Of a DNA stretch of 64,000 bases, positions 63,126 to 64,000 are shown one piece after another. The notes under the pieces were generated by a model that had not been told where the DNA came from, did not search any database, and was given only the letters and a program-made list of their open reading frames with translations. Made by a program: the position numbers and the translations under genes. The stretch's first letter is position 1. Each line of letters begins with the position of its first letter. The stretch lies in sequence record MN871449.1; one strand, written 5' to 3'.

Positions 63126-63599
63126 ATGGCTAAGAAAGTTGATTTCGAATTGATAGCGCAGACACTAGAGAAAACGTTGATTTCTGAGACCTCGGAAATG
63201 GCGAAACGAATTGATTGGCGACGTGGTACCATTCTCCGCGAATGTCGGACAATCGGGTTTAAAATACCGCGTCAAACCGGTAAGACGAAATGGGTACTCG
63301 ATCGAGTGAAGAAAAACCCTAAGTACTCGATGGTCTTTCTCCCGACAGAAACGCTTCTGGATGACTTTGAGGCGCGTCTCTACGGTGACGCTAATCCACC
63401 GACGGAAAAGGTCAGGGCTATTGCTGGGAAACCGTATGAGCGCGGTTACACTCAGTTTTACCGCGAAGCGCCGATTACGCACGTCTACATTGACGAAGCG
63501 TATTTCTACTTTACGCGCGTTCGCAAAGAAAAGTTCTACGACGCGTTACTGACCAACTTTACATTGTCAGAAGATGTGATCATCTATTTCGTTAATTGA
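63126..63599 (+). CDS. Small P-loop NTPase-fold protein (terminase-ATPase-like motifs)
   Basis: IPRQTGKT Walker A and HVYIDEA Walker B in only 157 aa. Confidence 0.7.
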   Translation: MAKKVDFELIAQTLEKTLISETSEMAKRIDWRRGTILRECRTIGFKIPRQTGKTKWVLDRVKKNPKYSMVFLPTETLLDDFEARLYGDANPPTEKVRAIAGKPYERGYTQFYREAPITHVYIDEAYFYFTRVRKEKFYDALLTNFTLSEDVIIYFVN

Positions 63600-63608
63600 C
63601 ATTGAAGA

Positions 63609-63629
63609 GAGAGGGGTTCGTCCCCTCTC
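63609..63629 (+). terminator. Intrinsic terminator
   Basis: GAGAGGGG-TTCGT-CCCCTCTC then T-rich tract. Confidence 0.75.
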
Positions 63630-63694
63630 ATTATTTTTTAGGCGCGTGACGTATCTGTGAACAGAATCCTCTAACGCCTCTGGAGAACGCCACC

Positions 63695-64000
63695 GTGAAA
63701 GAACGGGTAAAGAATACACTCTCTGCGCGCGTTCAGGGACATGCTCTTCATCACACCATGTTCCGTGATGCCGTAGATCCAAAGACATCCACTATCAATT
63801 TCGATATCCTTGCAGACATTTTTAAGAAACACTTTCCGTTATTAAAAGTAAAAGCAAAGAATATCGAAATCACTGTACTTAATCGTATTCTGGATGAGAA
63901 TGGGAAAACGATTGATCATGAGATCGAACGACTGGAAGCAATCCGTGTTTCTAAACACGCTAAAGGTCGGATGGTGACAAAGAAGAAAGTGCGCAGTAAA
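63695..64000 (+). CDS. Partial hypothetical protein running off window end
   Basis: SD GGAGA then GTG: MKERVKNTLSARVQGHALHHTMFRDAVDPKTSTINFDILADIFKKHF...; open to 64000. Confidence 0.6.
   Translation, partial: MKERVKNTLSARVQGHALHHTMFRDAVDPKTSTINFDILADIFKKHFPLLKVKAKNIEITVLNRILDENGKTIDHEIERLEAIRVSKHAKGRMVTKKKVRSK

Noticed and set aside
63126-63599. Terminase large subunit
   Set aside because: Too short (157 aa) and has no nuclease domain.
1-64000. CRISPR array, tRNA genes, IS/integrase
   Set aside because: No regularly spaced direct repeats, cloverleaf with T-loop GTTCRA, or recombinase/transposase motifs found by eye; tRNAscan would be decisive.

Overview
64 kb of a phiKZ-like (Chimalliviridae-type) jumbo phage of an encapsulated enterobacterium. 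It resembles Klebsiella hyperbranched-fibre jumbo phages; this is inferred from gene content and promoter motifs, not from a search. (1) 1-25.6 kb is a late receptor-binding cluster of about 11 large tailspike/fibre/depolymerase genes. They use two recurring N-terminal anchor types and three CBA120-TSP4-like XD docking domains. Most are preceded by a terminator hairpin and a TATG late-promoter-like motif. (2) 25.7-64 kb is a dense, + strand accessory region of about 75 genes, punctuated by a YCTATATYAC early-promoter-like motif and GAGAGGG/CCCTCTC terminators. Recognisable products: dUTPase, SspB, NadR plus PnuC, a NADAR-like protein, Tpt1/KptA, two macrodomains, an HD hydrolase, ThyA with three related helical insertions, two AAA+ ATPases, a BRCT-containing mosaic protein, an AlaRS-fragment-like protein and an AcrVA2/FinQ-like protein followed by two HTH genes. 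No tRNA, CRISPR array, integrase or transposase was seen. Several starts in the ORF track are corrected here (SD-based).
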